From: an uncultured virus (IMG/VR IMGVR_UViG_3300042374_001628)
Taxonomy: Duplodnaviria; Heunggongvirae; Uroviricota; Caudoviricetes
Reading direction: 5' to 3' (one strand)
DNA length: 64,000 nucleotides
IMG/VR virus record: IMGVR_UViG_3300042374_001628
Coordinates: 1 to 64,000 of that record
In this document: positions 38,543 through 47,822 of the stretch, one piece after another
Layout of the letters: every line of letters starts with the position of its first letter
Position numbering within the stretch: position 1 is the first letter of the stretch
Notes under the pieces: model-generated
Database searches by the model: none
What the model saw: only the letters and a program-made list of their open reading frames with translations
Told to the model about the DNA's origin: nothing
Made by a program: the position numbers and the translations under genes

Positions 38543-39418
38543 TTATAATCTTGGCTGCCTCACATACTTCACTGTAAAATCAGCAAATCCACCATAGGCG
38601 TTATTTCCTAAAAGTTTATTAACAGAAGGTGCAAATCTGGATATTTTAACAGATTCAACTAGCGCCATTAGAGAGCCAGTCTGGCAATATTGTGAGTATA
38701 AATTATTAAAATTATAATTTAATCCATTTTTATAATCACCATAAATATTAAAAGGCATATCTTTAGGATGTAGTACTGGAAAATATTTTCTTGCCATATC
38801 TGTGGCTATAGAAACGCCAGCATCTAGCAAATATGGCGAATCAGCCAAAAATATACATCTAATATCCAAAACAGTTTCATCTAATCCGCCAAATGCGAAT
38901 GGTAAATTTTCTGTATATTGACTTTTTACAAAAATAGCTGGATATGTAACTTGGTCATGTTGAAGTGGCGTATTCGCAATATTTCCATAATTGTCCGTTG
39001 GCCTTACTGGATATTTTGCCTCAAATATAAGCTCTTCGTCTTGAGATTCGTTATAATAAACATTATATTCTTTATAAGCATATGATAGTTTTAAGTTATT
39101 AAGATTTGAGGGGGCAGATCCATTAAATATTGTCCTGCCCATATCATAATCAATATAAAGCCCACTCGAACCTTTATTTATAATAACATTGCCAGCACTT
39201 ACTCCAGATGGAATATTTGCCCCTATAACTGAGCTATCTGCAACAAATTGTCTATATGGACTAGAATAAATTTTTTTATCTGGAAAATTTGGATCTTCAG
39301 TTTGATACAATTGCCCGCTATTAACATTTACAAACCCATTACCTTTATAAAGCATTTCATGATCTATAAAGAGCGTGAAGCTTGGTGCTATTCGATTTAA
39401 AAACTGTGGAGACATCAT
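38543..39418 (-). CDS. Putative tail terminator / neck protein
   Basis: YPAIFV...PFAFGG; directly upstream of the tail tube gene. Confidence 0.5.
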   Translation of the reverse strand: MMSPQFLNRIAPSFTLFIDHEMLYKGNGFVNVNSGQLYQTEDPNFPDKKIYSSPYRQFVADSSVIGANIPSGVSAGNVIINKGSSGLYIDYDMGRTIFNGSAPSNLNNLKLSYAYKEYNVYYNESQDEELIFEAKYPVRPTDNYGNIANTPLQHDQVTYPAIFVKSQYTENLPFAFGGLDETVLDIRCIFLADSPYLLDAGVSIATDMARKYFPVLHPKDMPFNIYGDYKNGLNYNFNNLYSQYCQTGSLMALVESVKISRFAPSVNKLLGNNAYGGFADFTVKYVRQPRL

Positions 39419-39422
39419 GCGA

Positions 39423-40013
39423 TTATAATTCCTTTAAATTTTTAATAAATTTTGTCCAAATTGGAGACCAGTATTTTGTTGTTCTATATATTGATCCTCT
39501 TACAGGACTTTTTGCTTGTATACCGCCGCCAGAACGTCCAAGCTTTTTAGATATAAAGTTTGAAAATCCAGAAATTCCGCGCTCAATAGATATTATCCAT
39601 GACTTTCCAGACTCCCATGGCATTCCAGCATTAGAGACATATTCATTATTTTTAATTTGATCTACTTGAAACTCAAGCACAAAACCATTATTGCCATTTT
39701 GACGCTCGCCACTTTTGCGTAAAATTCTTATCTTTTGCTCTATAAAATTTACCCACTGATCTACCGGATTATCACCATTATCAAAACCTATAAAAGAAAA
39801 TAGATTTCCATATCCACCCAAAGTACCAGACGAATTTGAAGACGATGAACCTCCTGCAATTTCTGCAGAAACTGGATGCGCTTTAAAATCATTTATAAGT
39901 TCAATTTTTGCGTTCGCTAGTTTTGTTTCCGCAACTGCACGCATTTGTTTTTGAACATTTGACGTTTTTAAAACTGCTAAATTTAAAAGTTTTGGATCGA
40001 CAAGTTTTGGCAT
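39423..40013 (-). CDS. Putative tail completion / neck protein
   Basis: Basic protein in the head-tail joining position. Confidence 0.45.
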   Translation of the reverse strand: MPKLVDPKLLNLAVLKTSNVQKQMRAVAETKLANAKIELINDFKAHPVSAEIAGGSSSSNSSGTLGGYGNLFSFIGFDNGDNPVDQWVNFIEQKIRILRKSGERQNGNNGFVLEFQVDQIKNNEYVSNAGMPWESGKSWIISIERGISGFSNFISKKLGRSGGGIQAKSPVRGSIYRTTKYWSPIWTKFIKNLKEL

Positions 40014-40456
40014 TATTGCATATCCCTTCTTTTTGCGTATATTGTATAAAAATTAATATCAAATAAACCATGTGGCTTTGGAACTCCAACTATTTCACAT
40101 GGCAAATCATCAACATAAAAAGATTGATATCCACTTAAAAAATCATATGCATCTTTTTTCATTTTTAGCCTACATAATTGCCCAGGTAGTGGATTTTCAA
40201 TTGGTAAATTTTCTTCTTTACGAGGGTCTAGCCACTGTATTCTCATTAAAAATGTTCCTGATACTGGTGTCGTATCATACTGCAAATTGGCACCCTGCTT
40301 ATAGCCCCTATACGCTGAAATATAATCATCATTACTTATAATATCAATACGCTCTGGCATTTTATATATAATAACATTTCTTCCAAATGTATCATGCAAA
40401 TTATTAAATTGCGAAGACATTTCTGCTTTTTCTGCAGCTGATAAAAAAGATGGCAT
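40013..40456 (-). CDS. Putative head closure protein
   Basis: 147 aa; HDTFGRNVIIYK; position. Confidence 0.45.
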   Translation of the reverse strand: MPSFLSAAEKAEMSSQFNNLHDTFGRNVIIYKMPERIDIISNDDYISAYRGYKQGANLQYDTTPVSGTFLMRIQWLDPRKEENLPIENPLPGQLCRLKMKKDAYDFLSGYQSFYVDDLPCEIVGVPKPHGLFDINFYTIYAKRRDMQ

Positions 40457-40459
40457 AAA

Positions 40460-41008
40460 TTATAAACCAGGTTCGCTTCTTGGATAATACACGCTACGAT
40501 TTGCTTCCGCCCAATAACCGCCATCGACAACATCAGTTCCATCAACCGATTGTGGTTTGGATTTTGATTTCAAGTATTGTTTTACCAAGTTATTGGCATT
40601 ATCTTGAGCATCCTTACGAAAACCTTGGTAAGTTCTGGCAAGCTCTGATCTATTAACTCTTGTTATTGTGGAATCGCCCTCTTTTAATGTAGTCCATGCG
40701 CCAATATTATATGCACCAGAAAGGGCCATTTTAGCCTCTCTACCATAAAAAAATGTATCAAAATTAGCCTTATAAATTGATTGCTCTTGATTTCCCAATT
40801 GAGGCTCTATGCCAATACCAGTAACCTTTCCGGCATTAGAAAAATAAGGCGTTACTTGATAACATCCATCAATTTGATTATTCAAATAGCCAAGATTTGC
40901 AGGGTCTAAAAACCAACCAACCAAATATGTGCTAGAATAATCGTCTCTGTCGCCCAAATCAGAAGAGACATTATTTACAAAATCATTTAACCATTTAGGG
41001 TATTGCAT
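40460..41008 (-). CDS. Putative head-tail adaptor
   Basis: WTTLKEGDSTITR motif, PQSVDG; start set to ATG at 41008. Confidence 0.5.
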   Translation of the reverse strand: MQYPKWLNDFVNNVSSDLGDRDDYSSTYLVGWFLDPANLGYLNNQIDGCYQVTPYFSNAGKVTGIGIEPQLGNQEQSIYKANFDTFFYGREAKMALSGAYNIGAWTTLKEGDSTITRVNRSELARTYQGFRKDAQDNANNLVKQYLKSKSKPQSVDGTDVVDGGYWAEANRSVYYPRSEPGL

Positions 41009-41050
41009 GTTATTAATTACACGCAATCAGTGCTTAATTAATCTACAAAA

Positions 41051-41416
41051 TTAAGCGCCCTCTCTGAGTATTTTATGAACGTTTTTTGGTACCGATGATG
41101 GTACAGAGGCTGTATTTACCTGTCCGGATTTGAACGATGCCACATGTCTCAAAAATTCATTTACCAATCTTTCTTTTAAGATATGTGATTCAACGTCTGG
41201 TCTAAGCCCAACATCTCTAGCATGATTTTGAAGATCAACTGGCAACATGTCATTTAATTTTGCAGTATATACCTCTAAATCCATAGTTCCATATTTTGAC
41301 AAACCATCAGATCCCCAAATTTGCTCTAGAGCAGTTGGCTTATTAGCAGCAATTTTTCCATCAATTTCAATATTTTGATTTAATGCTTCTTTAGATGTGT
41401 GTTTCTTTCTTGGCAT
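41051..41416 (-). CDS. Hypothetical protein
   Basis: 121-aa ORF after the capsid terminator; DLQNHARDVGL SAP/Rho-N-like helix pair. Confidence 0.6.
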   Translation of the reverse strand: MPRKKHTSKEALNQNIEIDGKIAANKPTALEQIWGSDGLSKYGTMDLEVYTAKLNDMLPVDLQNHARDVGLRPDVESHILKERLVNEFLRHVASFKSGQVNTASVPSSVPKNVHKILREGA

Positions 41417-41480
41417 AATATTATTTATTTAATTTATTATAATAATAGCCTAGGCACAATTCTAAATTAATATTTAATAT

Positions 41481-41513
41481 AAAAAAAGAAAAAGCCCTGA
41501 TTTCTCAGGGCTT
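41481..41513 (-). terminator. Rho-independent terminator after the major capsid gene
   Basis: AAGCCCTGA-GAAA-TCAGGGCTT plus long T-tract on the minus strand. Confidence 0.88.
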
Positions 41514-41541
41514 AATCTTTGATTAACTTCTTGAACTTTGA

Positions 41542-42657
41542 TTAGACAATCAAGCCAACTACTGCGCGGCTGTCGAGACATACGCGACCTTCGCGTAGTT
41601 TCATGTACCAGCCCATCTTGTTTGCGCGAGCTTGGAACTGATCATCAACAAGCGTTTGAACTTGACCACCGTTGTCGTCGTATGTTTCAACTGGACGTAG
41701 GAAAGCTCCACGAGCCATGTCGAAACCGACTAGGAGTTCGTCTGTTGCGTTTGCGAATTGTGCTCCACTTGTTCCGTCAGCTTTTGTGAATGATTTGCTT
41801 CCAGCGAAGAAGTCGAAGAGTTCATTGTATCTCTTACCTTCACCAAGTTCTAGCAATTCGTGAATTGTTACTCCGAAGATTTCAGATGTTCCAGCACTAC
41901 GATAGATTTGGCTACGAACTTCATCAGGAAGAGCAACGTTACCAGCAGTTGTTCCAGCACCGCTACGGGTGTTAACTGGATTGTAAGCAAAGGCGCGAAT
42001 TTGTCCTTTGATTTCTGGGCTTACATATAGATCTGTAAGTCCAGCTGCTGATGCTGTTGATGTACCACCAAGATAGTCAGCATTGAAGCGGCTAATTAGT
42101 GTCCAGAGAGCGCTAAGATCATCAGGAATGAATGTTCCAGCTGTTGATGCGCGGAAAGCATGATTTCTTCCACTTGTTGATGCGTCTGCAAGAACTTTCA
42201 TGATAACAGCCCATGCGTTGCGCTCTTGTTTTACTAAGAGTTGGTTAGCTGCGAATTCGATGTAGCGAGCTACAACGTTTAGGCGTGCTCTGCGAGCATA
42301 ACGCTTGTCAAAGCTGATTGCGCTGTCGAGATCATATGTACGAAGTTTGATTTCGCTTGCTCCAGCAACTTCATTGGTTGGAAGACCGCCACCAACAGTT
42401 TGTGACCAGATGGAAATGTCGCCATATCCTTGACCAAAAAGCGTGTCGATTGGGAATGAAGGAGAATCATCTTCGTTGTATGCTTCATCACGATAAATTT
42501 GAGCAGCTGATCCAGCATGCATCAAAACTTCTTCAACAACTGGGCTTAAGAAGGCTGCGAAAGCTTCTTGAGCTTCAGCGGCTTCGACTTTATTGTTGGA
42601 TGCCATAGCCTTGATTAGGGCTACTTGCTCTGGTGTATTTTTGAATTCGATTTTCAT
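41542..42657 (-). CDS. Major capsid protein (HK97 fold expected)
   Basis: 371 aa after the protease/scaffold and decoration genes; visibly distinct high-expression codon usage; strong terminator; LYVSPE, GWYMKLREG. Confidence 0.8.
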   Translation of the reverse strand: MKIEFKNTPEQVALIKAMASNNKVEAAEAQEAFAAFLSPVVEEVLMHAGSAAQIYRDEAYNEDDSPSFPIDTLFGQGYGDISIWSQTVGGGLPTNEVAGASEIKLRTYDLDSAISFDKRYARRARLNVVARYIEFAANQLLVKQERNAWAVIMKVLADASTSGRNHAFRASTAGTFIPDDLSALWTLISRFNADYLGGTSTASAAGLTDLYVSPEIKGQIRAFAYNPVNTRSGAGTTAGNVALPDEVRSQIYRSAGTSEIFGVTIHELLELGEGKRYNELFDFFAGSKSFTKADGTSGAQFANATDELLVGFDMARGAFLRPVETYDDNGGQVQTLVDDQFQARANKMGWYMKLREGRVCLDSRAVVGLIV

Positions 42658-42685
42658 ATTTTTAATTATTTATTCTCCTTTTAAA

Positions 42686-43225
42686 TTAGTTAAGATTGAA
42701 CTCTAGAGGAGCATATCCTTGGTCATTTACTGGTCCTAGGAAGCGTCCGATTGCGTTTGCGGCCGTTGCTGCAACAACCTTAAGTGATCCGTCGCCAGCA
42801 TCAGCGATTGCTGCGCCAGAGCCAAATGCTGGTGTTCCAACAATACCACTATAAAGAACAAAGCCCTTTGTTGCAACTGGAGCGGCTTGTCCGCTTACTG
42901 TTACATCCATTTCGGCTGCCTTACGTGGATCATAAATTAATGGGTACCCATTTTCGTCAACTGTGCGAACATCTTTGAGAAGCATTCCGAGAACGCTTGC
43001 TTTTGCTGTGCCAGATGGGGCTGCGGTTACGAGCCAAGGAACATTGAATGTTGCTGAAAGTGTACCATCAACAGATGATAGATTTTCAAGCGTTAGCTCG
43101 TCTTTTAGGTTTAGACCAGAACCAACAGCGGTAACAAATGTACCTTTGTTGGCTGTTGCTCCGTTATATGAGAAGAACGGAACAATGTCGTATTGATTGA
43201 TTGCACGTAGAGGTTTGATATTCAT
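42686..43225 (-). CDS. Putative capsid decoration/cement protein
   Basis: 179 aa Ala/Gly-rich directly before the capsid gene; VATKG, IGRFLG. Confidence 0.6.
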   Translation of the reverse strand: MNIKPLRAINQYDIVPFFSYNGATANKGTFVTAVGSGLNLKDELTLENLSSVDGTLSATFNVPWLVTAAPSGTAKASVLGMLLKDVRTVDENGYPLIYDPRKAAEMDVTVSGQAAPVATKGFVLYSGIVGTPAFGSGAAIADAGDGSLKVVAATAANAIGRFLGPVNDQGYAPLEFNLN

Positions 43226-43250
43226 AGTGTTTTATTTTTTCTTAGTATAT

Positions 43251-43256
43251 ATTACA
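43251..43256 (-). promoter_or_regulatory. TGTAAT putative late promoter (decoration/capsid)
   Basis: TGTAATATATAC, intergenic, 25 nt before the ATG. Confidence 0.6.
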
Positions 43257-43282
43257 GTTAAATTTTATTTTTTTCCTAAATT

Positions 43283-43984
43283 TTATCTATTTAATTTAAT
43301 TTTGATGTTATCTCCGCTAAATGCAGCAGCCATACGATCTTTTAAAGACTCTACTGCACCCGCAGCATTGGCTACATCATTTTTTACAGAAGCTTCGGAA
43401 ACAGCCTCGGCAACAACTTCTTCTGCCTTAGCTTCTTCTTTTACTTCTTCGGTTACAACAGTTGTTTCTTCAGCGACAGTTTCTTCGCTTGCTTTGGCCA
43501 TTTTCATTTTTTCTTCTTCGTTTTTCATCATCTTTTCGGCCATTTGTTTTTTATAAGCTTTGCTCTTAGCAGAAGCTAATGTGGAAAATTTCTTGAACCA
43601 TTTTTGAAAATCTTCTTCGCTAGCAATAGCTTTTAGATCTTCAGCAATAATTTCACGATCTTCATCTGCAAGATCATATTCTGAATCGATTGTTGCCATG
43701 CGAGCTTGAAATACTTCTTCAGCTTCTTTAGCGGCGATTTGATTTTTAAGTTCATTTAGAGCTGTTTCTGAATCTTCTTTTGATTTCTTAAGCTCATCTA
43801 GTTGTGCTTGCAATTGGGCAATTTGTTCGCCAAGATTTGTTGCAAGAACTTGCTTTTCATCGGCTTCTTTTTTCCATACTTCAGAATTTTCTGCAATTTT
43901 TTCAGCGATAAAGTCAGTTATTGCTGAAGCTGAAAGTTCTTTCATAGAATCTTCATTAATGTCTTTGATGTCTGTTATTTTCAT
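43283..43984 (-). CDS. Putative nested in-frame scaffold protein (233 aa)
   Basis: In-frame ATG at 43984 (MKITDIK) with an AT-rich leader and TGTAAT at 44013-44018. Confidence 0.5.
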   Translation of the reverse strand: MKITDIKDINEDSMKELSASAITDFIAEKIAENSEVWKKEADEKQVLATNLGEQIAQLQAQLDELKKSKEDSETALNELKNQIAAKEAEEVFQARMATIDSEYDLADEDREIIAEDLKAIASEEDFQKWFKKFSTLASAKSKAYKKQMAEKMMKNEEEKMKMAKASEETVAEETTVVTEEVKEEAKAEEVVAEAVSEASVKNDVANAAGAVESLKDRMAAAFSGDNIKIKLNR

Positions 43985-44875
43985 AATTAAATTAATTGAT
44001 GCTTCCTGAGTTATTACATTTTCTAATTGAATTTTATCACATTTTTTTTCATCCTCTTCAGATCCAACCTTTACAAGTTTTAAATCTACAGAGTCTTCTC
44101 CAGAATTGTCTGTTGTAATAATGCCTTTAACTTCTGCTGCTGGAGTTTCAGTCAATCCAATGCCAAGGCTTAAAATAGTATCGCCTTGCAAGTTTAAATA
44201 TACTGGATTGCCTTCTTCGTCAGCACCATTACCGCCAAATGTTTTCAATCTGGCTTTTAATTCATTAACGGCTTCGCCATCTACAATTTCACACTCTTTA
44301 AGATATTTAGATCCTTTAGCAATATTAAATTCTTTAAATGCAACTTCCCACGAGGCAGAAATTGAACCAAATTTATCTGAAGTAGCATCTCCAGATTCTG
44401 ATACAACATCGGCAAAGTCAGGGTTGACTGCCCTCCAAACAATCCCAGACAAAACAACATTAAATACCTTACCTTCTGAAGCAAGTTCGCGCGCAGTTGC
44501 TTCAGCTATTGGCTGATCATCAGGAAAAGAAGAAAATCCATAATCAGTAATACATCCAACTACATTTTTTCTTTCATGCTCGATATTTATATACTTTCCT
44601 TTGAAACTTTTAGCAATTGCAATGCCTTTCTCGCCAGAAATCATATGTCCATTTTTATTGCCAAGATTTGGGGTATAGGCATTAAAAGCTACCCCAAGAA
44701 TATCGTAACTAGATTCAAAATCAAAATCTTTTGGAAGAAGATTTTTTAACTTATCCGCACTTGCTTTGGCAATATATTGTAAATCTTCCTTATCCATAGA
44801 TACTGCTTTGATTTGAATGCTATCAAAGCGAATATGGAATGGATACTCTTCTAATTTTTTACTTTTTTTTGCCAT
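43283..44875 (-). CDS. Prohead protease fused to a scaffold domain
   Basis: NKNGH, INIEHER...VVGCI, SASWE (His/Ser catalytic candidates), PAAEV; acidic coiled-coil C-terminus; start set to ATG at 44875. Confidence 0.75.
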   Translation of the reverse strand: MAKKSKKLEEYPFHIRFDSIQIKAVSMDKEDLQYIAKASADKLKNLLPKDFDFESSYDILGVAFNAYTPNLGNKNGHMISGEKGIAIAKSFKGKYINIEHERKNVVGCITDYGFSSFPDDQPIAEATARELASEGKVFNVVLSGIVWRAVNPDFADVVSESGDATSDKFGSISASWEVAFKEFNIAKGSKYLKECEIVDGEAVNELKARLKTFGGNGADEEGNPVYLNLQGDTILSLGIGLTETPAAEVKGIITTDNSGEDSVDLKLVKVGSEEDEKKCDKIQLENVITQEASINLIMKITDIKDINEDSMKELSASAITDFIAEKIAENSEVWKKEADEKQVLATNLGEQIAQLQAQLDELKKSKEDSETALNELKNQIAAKEAEEVFQARMATIDSEYDLADEDREIIAEDLKAIASEEDFQKWFKKFSTLASAKSKAYKKQMAEKMMKNEEEKMKMAKASEETVAEETTVVTEEVKEEAKAEEVVAEAVSEASVKNDVANAAGAVESLKDRMAAAFSGDNIKIKLNR

Positions 44876-44876
44876 A

Positions 44877-45179
44877 TTAATTTTGTTGTGTAATTGCACA
44901 CCAGTATCGACTGCTTCCGCTAGATATTGCACGGACCTCTCCCATTGGAGACGTAGAAAAAACTGGAGCGGCATAGCCAGATCCACTCAATACAATATCG
45001 TAAAATGGAACGCCTTGATCGATAAAAAATGGGCTCCTATATTGTAATCTGATAGTTCCAGAAGCATTTCCAAAAGCGCTAAATAAGTTTTCACGACTCC
45101 GACCAATTTCTGCCCATTGACCAGTAAATGGAGCCTGCTGTCCTGTTAAAAGATGTATTGTGTTTAAGAAATCGCTCAT
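44877..45179 (-). CDS. Small putative virion protein
   Basis: 100 aa beta-rich with 6 SG/TG; TGTAAT at 45194-45199. Confidence 0.6.
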   Translation of the reverse strand: MSDFLNTIHLLTGQQAPFTGQWAEIGRSRENLFSAFGNASGTIRLQYRSPFFIDQGVPFYDIVLSGSGYAAPVFSTSPMGEVRAISSGSSRYWCAITQQN

Positions 45180-45250
45180 AATATTATTTATTTATTACAC
45201 ATTTTAAAAAGAAATTCCAAATTTGGACTAAATAAAAATTTTTATAATTA

Positions 45251-45904
45251 TTACCATGTAATCCAATGCGACCAAATTCCACTTCTATTATTGTATGATG
45301 CGACTGCAGTTCCAGTTCCCCAAATTAAATCATTTAGACTACTACCACAATTAGTTCCATCAAATCCAGCACCAATAGACCCACTAGAATTCGACCAAGC
45401 GCATGCAAGCTGAGAGGTATTATAAATACCATGTCCACCAGGGCTACCAAGCATCACCCTTCTTGGGGAATATCCAGATGTAGCAGTGTCAATCGGGCCA
45501 GTAGGGTTATAAAGTATGGGGGTAGTCCAATACACAGCAGCTCTTATATCAAGAGCGTCTCTTTGAACTAAAAGCCCGCCCATTGGAATATTCAAACCAA
45601 GCATATTTGTTGTTGCGATAGATCTATATACAGATCTAAAAACACAAACCCAGCCTCTAGATTCATAATAATCTGGCTCAAATTCTAAAAGCACAGCAGA
45701 AGACATACTTCCAGATCTAAAAAAGTATCTACCACTTCTATATCTTAACTGCATAGCCTCAGATGGGCTAGAAAGAGGCTTGCCGGGCGTGATCCCCTTA
45801 TTGAATTTATCCATTATTATAAATGGCTTCATAGAGCCACCTAATGCACCATTATGCAATCCATTATTTAACGAGCCGCTTAGCTTTGCCAATAGACTGC
45901 TCAT
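45251..45904 (-). CDS. Putative receptor-binding / fibrinogen-like domain protein
   Basis: SGRYFF...GWVCVF N-terminal pattern; Gly/Trp/Cys-rich C-terminus. Confidence 0.4.
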   Translation of the reverse strand: MSSLLAKLSGSLNNGLHNGALGGSMKPFIIMDKFNKGITPGKPLSSPSEAMQLRYRSGRYFFRSGSMSSAVLLEFEPDYYESRGWVCVFRSVYRSIATTNMLGLNIPMGGLLVQRDALDIRAAVYWTTPILYNPTGPIDTATSGYSPRRVMLGSPGGHGIYNTSQLACAWSNSSGSIGAGFDGTNCGSSLNDLIWGTGTAVASYNNRSGIWSHWITW

Positions 45905-45909
45905 ATAGT

Positions 45910-46365
45910 TTAATAATTTTCAGCAATAACAGTAACTGTAATCTGGCCATTAAGACCCAAATTATTCATATATCTTGCAACTAACTGGGCTCCTGATTCA
46001 ACAGGATAATATCTTTTGCCAGCACTGTCTATTGGATATGCCGGAGATCCACTAGCAGAAAGAACATCTATTGGCGGTGTTGCTCCAGAGCCTGCCATTG
46101 GCGGAATACTAAGGGTTGTAAATGGATGTATTGCTGTTGGCTCATTTCTATTTGCGCCAGAAATAGCAAACTGCATCGGTATTGTCAATGCAGCAGGAGC
46201 GACGGCACCAGTTACTGTAGCGATAACGTTTATTGATTTAACCAAACTGTCATCATTACCAGCTGTAAAAATAGTTTTATAAATTCCACTTTCTCCAAAA
46301 GCAGTAAATGTCTGTCCAGCGTTTATTATTTCTTTAGTTAAAAAAAGTGATGTTTGTTTTGCCAT
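45910..46365 (-). CDS. Putative virion beta-sandwich protein
   Basis: 151 aa; FTAG...VKSINV...ITVTVIAENY; 6 SG/TG. Confidence 0.5.
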   Translation of the reverse strand: MAKQTSLFLTKEIINAGQTFTAFGESGIYKTIFTAGNDDSLVKSINVIATVTGAVAPAALTIPMQFAISGANRNEPTAIHPFTTLSIPPMAGSGATPPIDVLSASGSPAYPIDSAGKRYYPVESGAQLVARYMNNLGLNGQITVTVIAENY

Positions 46366-46382
46366 ATTATATAATCCTTACA

Positions 46383-47822
46383 TTAAATATATCTTAAAAT
46401 AACTAAATTTCTAATAGTTTCATTTTCTGCTTGTTGCGCTGCTTCTTGCTCTGGGGTTATTGTAACTAATCTACCACTATTAATATTCAATGTTTTTGTA
46501 TTATTGCTGTAATATAATCTACCCTCTTGGTACGGAATATTCGTGTCAGAGTTCGGAATAAAATCAATTGTATTAAAATTTCCACTCGTATATTTGACTG
46601 TTATGGTTTGTGATGGGTAACCATCTTTGCTAATCTCTATTCCGCTTACGCCATCTATATTCACTGCACCATATGAATTATTTAAACTTGTAATTCCAGA
46701 ATTTCCTGCCTCAATAAGTCCTGTCAAAAATCCAGAAAGATTATCTAAATATCCTGATATAATTTGAATACCAGTATTCAATGTAGAAGTTGCTTGTCCA
46801 GAAAAAATATCAAAAATATCTTTTGTTACTACATTTTTAACATAATTTGCTGAAGCAATTGCGCGACCCCCAAGAACAATATGTAAATTTGTAAGATTAT
46901 TTAGCCCCCTATAGATATCTATTCCAACAATTTGTCTTGGTAAAATATATTTATCTTGACCTATTAAATTAAAAGACGCAAATGTGCCAGTCGGCATTGT
47001 AAAATTTGTTATTGTTGTTCGCGTATTAGATTTTGGATCACGATAATAAAATCTACCACTAAGCGGCTGCTGAATTGTTAATGGATCGCCATTTCCAATC
47101 GTACTAGATCCAGTTGATGCCGAATAAACACCCCATCTTGTAGCTATAAATTCATTTGGCAAATAATATTCCAGAACGGTTTCTCCAGTTATAGATCCAT
47201 ATTCCAAGAAAAAAGAAATGGCAGAATCTCCACTACTCATTATTACGCCATCGCTTACATTGGCTTCATTTATATCGTTATATCTCCCTCTTAAAGAAAC
47301 TATTAAGTCTTCTGCCCCAGACAATCCAGAATATATATTCCATCCAATAATCGTATCACCGCTAATTGTAGTTTCTGGAATTACTCCAAAATTAAAAAAC
47401 TCACCAGAATTTATCCAAAACGAAGTAACTGTTGTTTTGCTATTTGGATCGGTCAAACTTCTAGTATAAAAATCTCCAGTAAGTGGGCCAAATAATAGTT
47501 GACTTGGATTTGACGGATTTACATGCGTTGGTCCAAGACCACTTCTTCCTAAAGAAACGCTCCATCCAGTAACAATATATGATGATGCTGTATATTCCTC
47601 ATATAATGACATTCCAGTATATGGAAAAGATGCAAAATAACTTGGGGGCTGTAGGCCTATTTCGTATGGCAATACAATAAATGGATTTGCTCCAGGCACA
47701 GCCAATGGCCTTCCATCAATAAGTAAAGTTTCTTTCCAATCATCAACTGTCACATGGCTGCCGCTCATAAAAATAGAGGCAACATTCAGATGTGAACTAG
47801 ATGTTTTAATTCTATTTTTCAT
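46383..47822 (-). CDS. Putative fibre/spike protein with two tandem ~130-aa domains
   Basis: Repeat pairs LTGDFYTR / LSGRFYYR and IIGWNIYSGL / IVGIDIYRGL; fibre motif ITSLNNSYGAVNI. Confidence 0.55.
   Translation of the reverse strand: MKNRIKTSSSHLNVASIFMSGSHVTVDDWKETLLIDGRPLAVPGANPFIVLPYEIGLQPPSYFASFPYTGMSLYEEYTASSYIVTGWSVSLGRSGLGPTHVNPSNPSQLLFGPLTGDFYTRSLTDPNSKTTVTSFWINSGEFFNFGVIPETTISGDTIIGWNIYSGLSGAEDLIVSLRGRYNDINEANVSDGVIMSSGDSAISFFLEYGSITGETVLEYYLPNEFIATRWGVYSASTGSSTIGNGDPLTIQQPLSGRFYYRDPKSNTRTTITNFTMPTGTFASFNLIGQDKYILPRQIVGIDIYRGLNNLTNLHIVLGGRAIASANYVKNVVTKDIFDIFSGQATSTLNTGIQIISGYLDNLSGFLTGLIEAGNSGITSLNNSYGAVNIDGVSGIEISKDGYPSQTITVKYTSGNFNTIDFIPNSDTNIPYQEGRLYYSNNTKTLNINSGRLVTITPEQEAAQQAENETIRNLVILRYI

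Noticed and set aside
45251..45904. Diversity-generating retroelement target
   Set aside because: No reverse transcriptase and no near-duplicate template repeat noticed in the window
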